Notes: generated by a model not told the origin, from the sequence alone. Shown: positions 1-9,695, counted from the first letter of the stretch. The stretch is 25,624 bases of DNA from an uncultured bacterium (GCA_964534375.1 CAZHPN010000076.1:1-25624), one strand, 5' to 3'. Program-made: numbers and translations.

Positions 1-1
1 G

Positions 2-3000
2 CCCAACGAGCCGAAAGAATTGTCGCGCTACTTCATGGGCGTATGGGGAAGCTCGTCGTCGGACGTTTTTGCCGTCGGCGCAGGCACGGGGATCGCAGGA
101 GAGTATTCGTTCGTGATCGTGCATTACGACGGCAGCTCGTGGTCCGAGATGATTCCCGCCGTCGCGACGCCGGACCCGGTGCCGCGGTTGACCGGCGTTT
201 GGGGAACCTCGCCGTCCAATGTTTATGTCGTCGGCTACGGCGACACGATTTTGCAATACGACGGCACTTCGTGGACGACAGTCGACTATAACTATCCATC
301 TTCCGGAGGAACCTGGAACGGCGTATGGGGAAATTCGCCCTCCGAAGTATTCGTCGCGGGCAGCGTCCCGAGCGGCCTTTCGTCCGATCCGGCCATCGCC
401 GAGGGCCACGACGCCGCCTGGACGCCGTTTGCCAACGTGCCGATCAATCCCAATGCCGTCGGTCTGGGCGGCGTGTGGGGGAGTTCCGTGTCGGACGTGT
501 TCGCCGCCGGCGGCAATGGCGTGATTATGCACTACGACGGTTCGTCGTGGTCGGAGATGCCCGATCTTCCGGTTCAACATGGGATGGACGCCGTTTGGGG
601 AAGTTCTTCCTTTGATGTGTTTGTCGTCGGATCGATGGAAAACGGGGACATCGCTCTGATCCTGCACTACGACGGCGCCGCGTGGTCGCAAATGATGCCG
701 CCCAACCCCCGCAACGGGACGCCCGGCAATATTTGGCTGGCCGGCGTGTGGGGCAGTTCCGCGTCGGACGTGTACGCGGTGGGTTACAATGGCACGATTC
801 TGCATTACACGGGCGACGATGATGACGATAACGACGATGACGACAACAATGACGACGACGACAACGACGACAACAGTGACGATGACGACAACGACAACGA
901 CAACGGCGACGACGACACCACACCCGAGGACGACACGTCGCCCTTCGACGATGACTCGTCGCCGTCGCTCGACCAGCAATGCGCCGATCTCGCAAACGGG
1001 GCAAATAATTGCGGTCAAACGTTGTTCGGCCTGGATCCCGACTCGGCTTACGGCTCCTGCGATTCCCAAGACCAAACGTACCCTTGGCCCTGCTCGGTCT
1101 CCTGCTGGTCGTCGAATGTTTTGTGCAGCGATTTGATGAACTGCGTTCTTGCTTGTCAGGGGTTAGGTGATGACGCTTCGCCGAGCGAAGGGGATGATGC
1201 ATCACCAAACGGCACGGTGTATTTCGGCGGCATGATTATCGACGCAAGAACCGGAGATCCCGTAAGTGCGACAGTGGTTTTTGTTGATGAATCTGGAGCG
1301 GAAATAGACGACGACGCAACAGCGGACGATTATTACGGCAGTTTCATTTTGCCAGTTCCCCAAATCGTGAAAGCGGCCGGCCTGAAAATTACCTACGGTA
1401 ATTATTACTACGACACGTACCACTGGGGCACGGCAACGGAACTGGCATCCGAATACATGTTCGCGGTCTATTCGCAGGACTACATTGACGCGGCGTTAAG
1501 CAATCTCAGTCGTCTTGCGCCCCTCGATTCGAGCCGAGCGATCGTCATTGGCGCGGTCTTGTCGCAGGGCTTGCCGAGAGGTGGCGCGCAGGTTGAAATA
1601 GCGAACGCAGCGCTGAATTCCACCTCGTTGTCGTACTTGGCGGGATTGTCGAACTACCCATCGCCGAGCGCGTCCGCGACGAACGCCGCGACCGGCGGCT
1701 ATTTCATCGTAGATACGAGCCCAGGCGATTCTTTCGACGTCAACACGACGCTCGACGGTGACGCGCTGACCGCTCACGTTCCGGTCGCCATCGCCGGCGC
1801 GGTGTCAGTGCGAAATATTGTGCGTTCATTTGGATTTGATTTGATAAACGTTTTGTACTGTGGCCAATCACTCTACGACTACGATGGAGGACTATATCAC
1901 TGCATTGATTCCTCGAAAAAGTTCGTGGCGACGCCTGACGACGATACTCCGCGAAGTTGCGATTACGCTTATTGGGAATTTCTCGGTCAGGCGATAGACG
2001 ACCGATATGTTTTTCAGCAAACCGAAGGCTTATGTTGGCGAAATTCAGGAAATAATTTCGGTGAATTCCCAGGCGGGACCGACCTGGGCATCCCGGTCTT
2101 GGATACGGATCTTAACGAAATAGCCTTCTTTTTTGGTGATTTCCAGCCGAACTATTTTGCGCCCGAGGCTTGGCAACTTCAACGTCTGGCCAATCCTTTT
2201 GCCGCGTTGCCGGGACCCTCCGGGCAATTCGTTCCGTCGAATCCAAAGAGCGATTTGAATTACGATTCGCTTGCGCTTCAGATGAATTCGGATGGGAGCA
2301 CATTTTCTTCCATCGTCGATGCGGTTGACAAGGGCGAAACAAGCGACACTGACAATCTTTCGTGTATAGCGGAAGGTGAGGCCGGGAATCCAAATAATGA
2401 ATGTGCATTTTGGGTTCCGACAGGCGCCTACTACGATCTAAATCCACTGAGTCACTCAGTGTGGTTGTGGTTCGGGCAATACATAGAGGGGCCTCCGGCC
2501 GCGGATTCTCGCGAATGCTTGGACCAGAACGCCCCGCTCCCAAGGTATTCAGGCGCGACGATGCGGTCGAATGTAATCCGAATCACACCCGGGGACGGCG
2601 ACAGCCCCGGGGACACTCCGTTTCACAATATGCAACTCATGCGTCAAGACGGGTGCAATCAGCCATTCGCGAAGGAGTACTTCATTAACGTCTCGCCGGT
2701 GCCGGTCCAGCGGGATGACAGCACTGATTTCGGGCTGCCGAAAAACGTCTTCAATTCGGCCGCCGGCTATGGGGCATTGCTTTTCGGAACGGCGGCGGAA
2801 TCTAGTAACGATAATGTCAACTATCACTTAAGTAGCGTGTTTGTAGGTATTTTGAGCCGAACGCCGCCAACGACGACTACGCGTTTTACGTGTTCAACGG
2901 ATTGGACACCCATAGTGCTCCGGCGCCGACGTGGCAACCAATCACCGCTGACGACCACGGCGAGATCGCATTCATCCCCCCGGCAGTCATTGAAGCGACG

Positions 3001-3390
3001 CCTGATGTGCGAGGATACGGGGAAATTTCGTTCATCACTGTTCCGAATCCAGGCGGGGCCGGCCAGCCGGACGTGCTTGTCATGAGCGCTGTTAACTGGG
3101 CGACGCCGGAGCCGCATAAACATGAGTTGCGAATTGCCTTGATGGCCTCGCTTCCGGACATTGTAACCGGGCTGCAAGACAATGCGATTTGGAGCGAGGA
3201 TTGGTATAGTGGTGGCTACGGCGACTATCTGGTGCCTGGGACAATGAAAATCGTGCCAGAGGGCGTGCCGACCGAATGTCATCTGTATTATGACCGGGTT
3301 ACCACCAGTTTCCCGCTGGTCCAGACCGTGGTCATAAGATCGGTGGCAGAAGTTCCGTGCGGATGGATAAATTACCCTCCTCCACCATAG
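2..3390 (+). CDS. Large mosaic surface protein, 5'-partial: GVWGSSxSDVFAVG propeller repeats, poly-Asp linker, 8-Cys module, carboxypeptidase-regulatory-like domain(s), C-terminal DUF4185-like domain; split by a 1-nt frameshift at ~2847
   Basis: Frame is open from base 2 (PNEPKEL...), so the start lies upstream. About six W-G-x-S-x-S-[DNE]-V-[FY]-x-x-G...HYDG-x-x-W repeats in 20-810, Asp run ~815-915, motif GTDLGIP..IAFFFGD at ~2075-2140. Frame 2 turns implausible after SSVFVG, while frame 1 continues YFEPNAANDDYAFYVFNG to TAG at 3388-3390. Confidence 0.75.
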
Positions 3391-3439
3391 CGGGTGAACC
3401 GTGGGCGGCGCAGGTTTACAAACAACGAGGGGCCGACAA

Positions 3440-4543
3440 ATGTTCCAACGCAGAAAATGGCCGACGTCATTGCTGTTTGCTTCAGTCCTACTGGCGGCGG
3501 TTGCATGCGGTTTGGCAAATCATTCAGACGACGACCTTACGTCAGATGATGATGACAACGACGCGACGGTTGACGATGACGATGGGAGTCCTGGAGATGA
3601 CGATGGCTTGCCGCCGGACGACGACAACGACGATAATGACAATAATGACAGCATGTCGTGGTCGCCTATGGTCGGTGCCGAATCAATTACTCTGACGGGC
3701 ATCTGGGGCACATCGCCTTCCGACGTATATGCTGTAGGCTCCTACGACGGCATAGACATTGGGTTCATTTTTCACTACGACGGCGCGTCGTGGTCTGAGC
3801 CGGAAGGCTGGACGCTTCCTTTTGAGGCTGTCGCCGTTTGGGAAACTTCACCATCCGACATTTGGGCCGGAGGGGACGACATATATAAGCAATCGGGAGC
3901 GATCGCGCATTTTGACGGCCGAACGTGGCAAACCATGGTGGACGTTATCGACGCCTCGTTCGGTTCGATGTGGGGCGCTTCGCCGTCGGACGTGTGGGCT
4001 CTCGATCGCGAGTACATCTGGCGCTATGACGGTTCGACTTGGTCGCCGGTCGTCGCTCCCGATTCCGGTTATTTGGCTGGTATATGGGGCAATTCCTCAT
4101 CCGATGTCTACGCGGTTGGGGACCACAGTGTACTTCGCTTCGACGGATCGTCGTGGAGTGAATTGACCGACGAGGCAACGCACATTTCGTATTGGACCGC
4201 CGCGTGGGGAAATGAGAGGTCGGATGTGTTTGTGGTGGGCGAACCCGCGTTCATCAGTCATTATGACGGCGCCTCATGGTCGGTGACGAATCCGGAGCCG
4301 GCGGGGTCTTTACTTGCACTATGGGGGAGTTCCTCGACCGACGTATTCGCGGTAGGCGGCTATTTCGACCAGTATGGCTCACCGCTCCCGCGCTCCCTAA
4401 TTCTGCATTACGATGGATCATCTTGGTCGCCGATGAGTGCTCCGTCGAACAACATGTTGGGCGGCGTGTGGGGAAGTTCGTACTCGGACGTTTTTGCAGT
4501 CGGCGACAACGGAACGATCCTCCATTACGGCCCGCGGCAATGA
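3440..4543 (+). CDS. Lipoprotein with poly-Asp linker and WG-x-S-x-SDV propeller repeats (about 7 blades)
   Basis: GAGGGG RBS before ATG 3440; basic N-terminus, hydrophobic stretch, lipobox-like AVAC; Asp-rich ~3525-3650; same repeat as the upstream gene and the same GTILHY ending. Confidence 0.85.
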   Translation: MFQRRKWPTSLLFASVLLAAVACGLANHSDDDLTSDDDDNDATVDDDDGSPGDDDGLPPDDDNDDNDNNDSMSWSPMVGAESITLTGIWGTSPSDVYAVGSYDGIDIGFIFHYDGASWSEPEGWTLPFEAVAVWETSPSDIWAGGDDIYKQSGAIAHFDGRTWQTMVDVIDASFGSMWGASPSDVWALDREYIWRYDGSTWSPVVAPDSGYLAGIWGNSSSDVYAVGDHSVLRFDGSSWSELTDEATHISYWTAAWGNERSDVFVVGEPAFISHYDGASWSVTNPEPAGSLLALWGSSSTDVFAVGGYFDQYGSPLPRSLILHYDGSSWSPMSAPSNNMLGGVWGSSYSDVFAVGDNGTILHYGPRQ

Positions 4544-4701
4544 TGGCGGCGCGGCCGGGTTAAGGGGGCGAACGATGTGTGAGCGGCGCGTGTTGTTGGC
4601 GATTTTGTTGGCGGCGGCGCGGAATGGAGGTTCAGGGTGAAAGACCCGTTCCAGGCGGGGTTTATCCTGGGGCTTGCGGCCCTTTTAGTCAGCGCCATTC
4701 G

Positions 4702-5042
4702 GGACAGTCACCGGTTTTCTTGGCAGCCCTTCCCGTTTTGTTATTTGCCGGGCATGCGGCGTGTTGCGCGCATCGCTGTCCCGGGTTGTCGGCGTCATAT
4801 CATTCACCGCGGGAACAATCGGCAAGACGTGTTTTTCACGGACGACGACCGGCGCCTTTGCTTGAAGGCGTTGGCCGAGGAAGACCGCGAAGCGCTGAGC
4901 GATCCTCGCCTGCACACGAACCGCGGCCGTCCGGCGGGCAGCGCTCGTTTCGCAGCCATTGTTGGAGCCCGCCATGAATCGCCGGCCGCGCCCGCTTCCG
5001 GAGGGCCGGCCGCGGAAAGCGGACGAAAACTGGTGACTGTCC
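4702..5042 (+). mobile_element. Internally deleted RAYT/Y1-type transposase remnant bounded by 18-bp inverted repeats
   Basis: GGACAGTCACCGGTTTTC (4702-4719) and GAAAACTGGTGACTGTCC (5025-5042) are 17/18 inverted. ATG 4754 encodes MRRVARIAVPG..HIIHRGNNRQDVFFTDDDR (RAYT-like N-terminus) joined directly to HTNRGRPAGSARF and, in a shifted frame, RPLPEGRPRK (RAYT-like C-terminus). No HUH core. Confidence 0.75.
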
Positions 5043-5052
5043 GTTGTTTCTC

Positions 5053-5262
5053 GAACAGCGAAAGGGATCAGCGAAGAGCGAACAGCCACAGTGAACGATG
5101 AACAACAAAATCGCGCAGGAGCAACGGTTGGATTCCGTCAGCGCGTCTCATGTCTCGCTGTTTGCTATTCACCGTTGTTTGTTCCCTGGGGTCCATTGTT
5201 CACTGTTCACTGTTCATTGTTCGCTGTCCGTTGCTCGCTGCTCCCTGCTCGCTGTTCGCTGA
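5053..5262. repeat. Inverted pair of degenerate heptamer arrays (GAACAGC-type, then GCTGTTC/ACTGTTC-type)
   Basis: 5053-5106: gaacagc gaaaggg ... gaagagc gaacagc ... gaacgat gaacaac. 5195-5262: attgttc actgttc actgttc attgttc gctgtcc gttgctc gctgctc cctgctc gctgttc. Confidence 0.7.
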
Positions 5263-5399
5263 TTTCGGCGTTCATGCTAAACTCCGATGGCGCGCACGGA
5301 AAGCAGCGCGGTGTTGCCGTTTATTTACGCGTTGTAGCGCGCGCGGTTTAGTGTTAAATTGCTGAAGCGAGCTTCGCTTGATCGAGAGGAGAACAGCCG

Positions 5400-5624
5400 A
5401 TGGCCGATGAAGAAAAGCGGACCGCCGAAGAAATCGAGGCCGCCAAGCTGGCCTTTTCACTGCCAGGCAAGCCGCCAGGCATCGTGAAAGAATTCCTCAT
5501 CTTCCTGCGCGATTACAAGCTGTGGTGGATCACTCCGATCGTGCTCGTGCTGCTGCTGCTCGGGCTGTTCATCTTCTTCACCGAAGGCAGCGCCGTGTTG
5601 CCGTTCATCTACGCGGTGTTCTGA
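5400..5624 (+). CDS. DUF5989-family small membrane protein
   Basis: GAGGAG RBS; family-like C-terminus EFLIFLRDYKLWWITPIVLVLLLLG...GSAVLPFIYAVF. Confidence 0.85.
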   Translation: MADEEKRTAEEIEAAKLAFSLPGKPPGIVKEFLIFLRDYKLWWITPIVLVLLLLGLFIFFTEGSAVLPFIYAVF

Positions 5625-5652
5625 CCGGATTCCGGGGCTCGGGATTCGGAAG

Positions 5653-5731
5653 GCTCTCACGGAACCACGGAGGGCGCCGCAGAGGATGAGCCGGACCGAC
5701 TCTGCTCGGCTCTGCGCGACTTCGTGTGAGG
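5653..5731. repeat. Imperfect palindromic REP-like element, copy A
   Basis: Arms ctctcacggaaccacggag..cgcagag and ctctgc..ctctgcgcgacttcgtgtgag; its reverse complement aligns with 24620-24708. Confidence 0.6.
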
Positions 5732-5737
5732 CCCGAA

Positions 5738-5793
5738 ATTCCGCATTCCGCATTCGCCATTCACCATTCACCATTCACCATTCACCATTGCCT
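5738..5793. repeat. Heptamer tandem array ATTC(C/A)(G/C)C x8
   Basis: attccgc attccgc attcgcc attcacc attcacc attcacc attcacc attgcct, abutting the stop codon at 5794. Confidence 0.9.
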
Positions 5794-7077
5794 CTACGGC
5801 CTTGCCGGCCCGAGCGGGAACGGCGTGCGATCCGGATCCGGGTAGTACGGCGGCAGGCCGCCGCGAGAGCGATACGGCGGAGGCACGGGTTCCGGCGTCG
5901 GCGCCGGGGCTTCGGCGCCGCCCGCGCCGAAGCACATTTGCGGAATCGCCTCGCACGGCAGCGACAAAATGCAACTGACCAGTTGATTGTCATTGCTCTG
6001 CTGGCAAACGGAGCGGCACGCCTCGACATCCTGCTCGAGCCCGCAACCCGCGGCCTTCTCGCACGCCTGCCGGCACAGATCGGGGCCGCCGCCGAAGCAC
6101 GACTGGTCGATGGCGTCGCACGGCTGTTCGGTGATGCAGCGGCGCGTTTCGTCGGGCAGATCGCTGGTGCAAACGACCGCGCAATCCGCCTCGTCGGTTT
6201 CCATTTGGCAGGCGGCCAGTTTGCGGCAGACGTCGACGCAAATCTGGTCGGGTTGCTGCAGGCAGACGGGGCCGACCTCGTCGCAGTTGTTCGTCAGCAC
6301 GCAGTTGATCGTCGCTTCGTCCCAGGCGGACATGCAGTCGGCGAGGCAGTAGTCGCGGGTCATGCCGCGCATCGCGTCGCACCGCTGCGCGCGGTCGCAG
6401 GCGTCGAGGCAGCGCGGATTGTAGTCGCTGGCGAGGCACATCAGTTCGATCATCTCGCACGAGACCCGCGCGGCGCAGTCGCGCAACGGCGGGTCGTCGA
6501 CGGCGAGGCAGGACTCGACGCAATCGGTCTCATTGTCCGCTTTAATGTAGTCGCATTCGAGCAACCGGTCGCAATACGCATTGCACGGGCTGGCGGCCGC
6601 CGCGGGCCAGCAGACCGCGGGGATTTCGTCGCAGGCCGTCGCGAGCATGCAGCGGCGCTTTTCCTGGTCCCATTCCTTGCTGCAGCGCGGCTCGCAATTT
6701 TCGCCGGTCGCGAGCAAATGGCATTCGCTGGCGCGCTGGCACGCCTCGGCGCACGAGATGGCCGTGGTTTCCAGGCCGCACTTTTCGTCCACGGTTTCGC
6801 AGCCGGCGTTTTGAATGCAGCGGGCTTTGTCGCGGGTCCACGATTGCTGGCACGTGCGCGCGCAATCGGCGCCGGCGGCCGCATCGTGGCAAATGCGCAG
6901 CCGATCGCAGGCCGCCACGCAATCTTTGCCGGCCGCGGCGACGGCCCCGGCGGGATCGAGCGGCTTCTTGTTCACGATCACCGGCGGCTTCGGCCGCGAA
7001 CGCCAGTGCGCCAGCTCGACGCCGCCAAGCGCGACGACGACAAAAATCGCCAGAGCCACCAGTACGCTTCGCCGCAC
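5794..7077 (-). CDS. Secreted or membrane-anchored Cys-rich protein with six 8-Cys repeats and a Pro-rich tail
   Basis: N-terminal hydrophobic segment; six ~50-aa units C-x3-C-x5-C-x8/10-C-x3-C-x10-C-x5-C-x6-C; GTG start preceded by GGGGG. Confidence 0.85.
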   Translation of the reverse strand: MRRSVLVALAIFVVVALGGVELAHWRSRPKPPVIVNKKPLDPAGAVAAAGKDCVAACDRLRICHDAAAGADCARTCQQSWTRDKARCIQNAGCETVDEKCGLETTAISCAEACQRASECHLLATGENCEPRCSKEWDQEKRRCMLATACDEIPAVCWPAAAASPCNAYCDRLLECDYIKADNETDCVESCLAVDDPPLRDCAARVSCEMIELMCLASDYNPRCLDACDRAQRCDAMRGMTRDYCLADCMSAWDEATINCVLTNNCDEVGPVCLQQPDQICVDVCRKLAACQMETDEADCAVVCTSDLPDETRRCITEQPCDAIDQSCFGGGPDLCRQACEKAAGCGLEQDVEACRSVCQQSNDNQLVSCILSLPCEAIPQMCFGAGGAEAPAPTPEPVPPPYRSRGGLPPYYPDPDRTPFPLGPARP

Positions 7078-7324
7078 CGAGCCCCCGATCTTGAGTGAAT
7101 GATGCCCCCTGCATCTTGCCGCGGAAACCGCCGGTTGTCACGCGGCGCCGCCGGTTCGTTCCATAAGATAATAATCCGCGGAGCCCGGTTGCTCCCGGCG
7201 CCGGTCGGCGGCAAATTATTTTTGCAGCGAAACACAGATCCAGAGCGCGGCCGTTGGCCGCAACGAAAGGGGTGTCTTGCCACAGGCGTGCATGAACCTG
7301 CGGTTCACCCCGACGGATGAAAAT

Positions 7325-7740
7325 GCCCTCACCCCCGCCCCCCATAGGCGTTAGAATAACCGCGGGTCGCATTGCCACGCGGTGTTTTCCGCCGCGCGGA
7401 CCTCTCCCCGGTCGATCACGCGGTCGCGTGTTCGACCTGCCCCTCCCCGACACAGGGAGGGGCACACAGGCGCCGCGTTGGCAGGCGCACACGCGTTGAC
7501 AAAAAGGGGCCTCGACTGTTGATTCATCAATGTGAATGCGATTCGCGAGCCGTGGAGGACCTCTTCGTAAGGCGGGTCCGCCACGGTGTCTTCTCGCCCC
7601 TCCCTGTGTCGGGGAGGGGCGCGGCCACGCAGGGCGTGGCCGGGGGAGAGGTCTGCGTGACCAAAAACAAGTGCATTTCGGCACTTTTCGCGGCGTTGCA
7701 GGTCTTATTCCGGCGCCTATGGGGGGAAGGGGTGAGGGGC
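7325..7740. repeat. Nested inverted-repeat element between divergent genes
   Basis: 7439-7463 and 7596-7620 form a perfect 25-bp inverted repeat; 7326-7350 vs 7714-7738 match 23/25; a third pair lies at ~7395-7411 vs ~7640-7657. Confidence 0.8.
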
Positions 7741-7847
7741 CGATCTGGCGTGTTGACAAGTTCACCGCGCAGCCTTCGGCGGCGTGGAAAAATCTTCGCG
7801 CTGAAACAAGAAACGAAACGATAGTAGTACAAAGGAAAGGCGTGCGC

Positions 7848-8633
7848 ATGAAGCGGCGGCAATTGTTCGAGTTTCAGGACCTGCCGTGGTTTCCGGATTT
7901 GCTCCGCGAGGCGCAGATGGAGATTCTCAGCCGCGCCGACCGCACGTCGGGTTTCGCCCGCGCGATCGCGCCGGCGCTCGGCCGCGCGCTCGACCTCGTC
8001 GCCGCCGACGAGATTCTCGACCTCTGCTCGGGCGGCGGCGGGCCGATTCTGCCGATTCTCGCCGAGTTCGCCGCGCTGGGCCGGACGCCGCCGCGCGTGT
8101 CGCTGTCCGATCTCTATCCGCGCGTCGCGATGTGGTCGCGGCTGAAGGAGCGCGCCGGCGGGCGCCTCGATTTCGTGGCGGAGTCCGTCGACGCGACGCG
8201 CCTGCCGCCCGACCCGGCGGGCGGCGTGACGACGATCATCAACGCGCTCCATCATTTTCCGCCGGAGCGCGTGCGGGCGATTATCGCGGCCGTCGCCCGC
8301 CGCGGCTCGACGCTGTTTGTCGCCGAGGCGTTCGGACGCAGTCTGCGGCGCGCGAGCGTCTATTGGCCGTCGTTGACGCTCGCGGCGATCGTCAACCCGT
8401 TCGTGTGCAAACGGCGCGGGTGGCTCAAGGCCGCGCTCACGTGGCTCATGCCGGTTGTGACGCTGAGCGGCGTCTGGGATTGGTTCGCCAGCGCGATGCG
8501 CGAGTTCGAGCCCGCGGAACTTGCGGCGTTCGCGCAGGAGGCGGCGCCGCAGTACCGCTGGGAATTCGGGCATGTGAACTATGGGTGGTGGGGCCGCGCC
8601 GGCTATCTGATCGGCGCCCCGCCGGGACGATGA
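7848..8633 (+). CDS. Class I SAM-dependent methyltransferase
   Basis: AAAGGAAAGG RBS before ATG 7848; MKRRQLFEFQDLPWFP N-terminus, SAM motif ILDLCSGGGGP, then LSDLYP, VDAT and NALHHF. Confidence 0.9.
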   Translation: MKRRQLFEFQDLPWFPDLLREAQMEILSRADRTSGFARAIAPALGRALDLVAADEILDLCSGGGGPILPILAEFAALGRTPPRVSLSDLYPRVAMWSRLKERAGGRLDFVAESVDATRLPPDPAGGVTTIINALHHFPPERVRAIIAAVARRGSTLFVAEAFGRSLRRASVYWPSLTLAAIVNPFVCKRRGWLKAALTWLMPVVTLSGVWDWFASAMREFEPAELAAFAQEAAPQYRWEFGHVNYGWWGRAGYLIGAPPGR

Positions 8634-9060
8634 ACGGTGCGCCCGGAGATCGATGACGATTTTTGTCTTATGAGGCTCTTTTTAACTAGGATGGACAGAA
8701 TTTGCGGGATGGACAAGATCGGCAGGCCGCAATGGCGCGGGTCGCGAAATCCTTCCCGCGCACAAGAACGTTAAGTCCTGCCGACCTCTGCGACCTCGGC
8801 GGTTTAAGTGTCACCCATTTATTCGCGGCCAACGGCCGCTTCGAAGAAAGAACCGGCGGAAGGAAAGAGTCGGCCCGGTGCAACCTTATTTGATGCAGGA
8901 TATTGATGGGAGGGTCGGACTGAATAGGGTTAGGCCAACCGCTTCCCTTCCGCCGCGTGTACCTAAGCGGCCCTTGCTGATGCAAAATCGAGGATGAGAT
9001 GACCCCAGGGCCGCATTTTTCGTACGAGCAAAAAACGCGGGTTTTCCGCTTGCGAAAGAA

Positions 9061-9543
9061 CTATTCGCGTACGGTTACGCCGTACAAGTGGCACAAGTGC
9101 CGCAGCGCTTCCTCGATCTTGGCAACGTCGCGATCCGTCGTCGCCGCCAACCGTTCGTCGACGTCCATCGGGAAAAAATTCCGGTCGATGACATCCAGCA
9201 GTTCCTCGCCCGTCGGCGTCAGATCCAGCACCACTTCGCGCCGGTTGGTCGGATTTTGGCGGCGCGACAAGTAGCCCTTCTGCACCAGGTTGTCCGCCAG
9301 CCAGGCCGCCGTCGAACTCGGCAAAAACTGGTGCTTCTGCACGCTGACCAAACTGCACGACGGGCAGACCTTGATCTGCAGCAGGAACTTGGCTTCGCGC
9401 AGATTGACGCCGGCCAGCTTCTTCACGTCTTTCGATTGACGCTTCTGAGCAAAATAAACGACGTCGAGATAATGCCGCACCTTCGCGAAGCGAAGGTAGT
9501 TGCGAAAGGTTTCACGTTTTTCTTCGAGAACCGCCATTTGCAT
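9061..9543 (-). CDS. MarR-family transcriptional regulator
   Basis: wHTH signature SSTAAWLADNLVQKGYLSRRQNPTNRREVVLDLTPTG; AAAGG before ATG. Confidence 0.85.
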   Translation of the reverse strand: MQMAVLEEKRETFRNYLRFAKVRHYLDVVYFAQKRQSKDVKKLAGVNLREAKFLLQIKVCPSCSLVSVQKHQFLPSSTAAWLADNLVQKGYLSRRQNPTNRREVVLDLTPTGEELLDVIDRNFFPMDVDERLAATTDRDVAKIEEALRHLCHLYGVTVRE

Positions 9544-9585
9544 CGCCTTTACTTTGTCAACTAACGGTCAGCCTTGAACAATCCC

Positions 9586-9614
9586 AGTATGGACGTTCCA
9601 ACCGGCCAAGTCAA
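9586..9614 (-). promoter_or_regulatory. sigma70-type promoter for the MarR gene
   Basis: Minus strand TTGACT-17 nt-CATACT, 42 nt upstream of the ATG at 9543. Confidence 0.55.
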
Positions 9615-9680
9615 GCAAAAAACACAAAATTCTTTGCAAAAAGTTAGAATGTTGTAACTTATTTGAATTACTAGGCAAAT

Positions 9681-9695
9681 CCCCGTCACGCGGGG
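9681..9695 (-). promoter_or_regulatory. SECIS-like hairpin after the FmdB TGA (alternatively a weak terminator)
   Basis: CCCCG-CGTGA-CGGGG; the loop starts 17 nt after the TGA, with G at loop position 2. Confidence 0.5.

Noticed and set aside
4637..5101. 154-aa ORF as an intact gene
   Set aside because: It is a chimeric reading across the transposase remnant and lacks the catalytic core.
5053..5793. CRISPR array
   Set aside because: The repeats are contiguous heptamers or palindromes without unique spacers; no cas genes.
5686..7098. 470-aa plus-strand ORF
   Set aside because: Antisense shadow of the Cys-repeat gene and runs through repeat elements.
7536..7847. N-terminal extension of the methyltransferase (likewise the track starts at 12337, 12833, 21554 and 23351)
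   Set aside because: These extensions translate repeat, intergenic or overlapping DNA; better RBS-ATG starts lie downstream.
8877..8936. attC-like site (minus strand GCCTAAC...GTTGCAC)
   Set aside because: The right end is not GTTRRRY, L boxes do not pair, and there is no cassette array or integrase.
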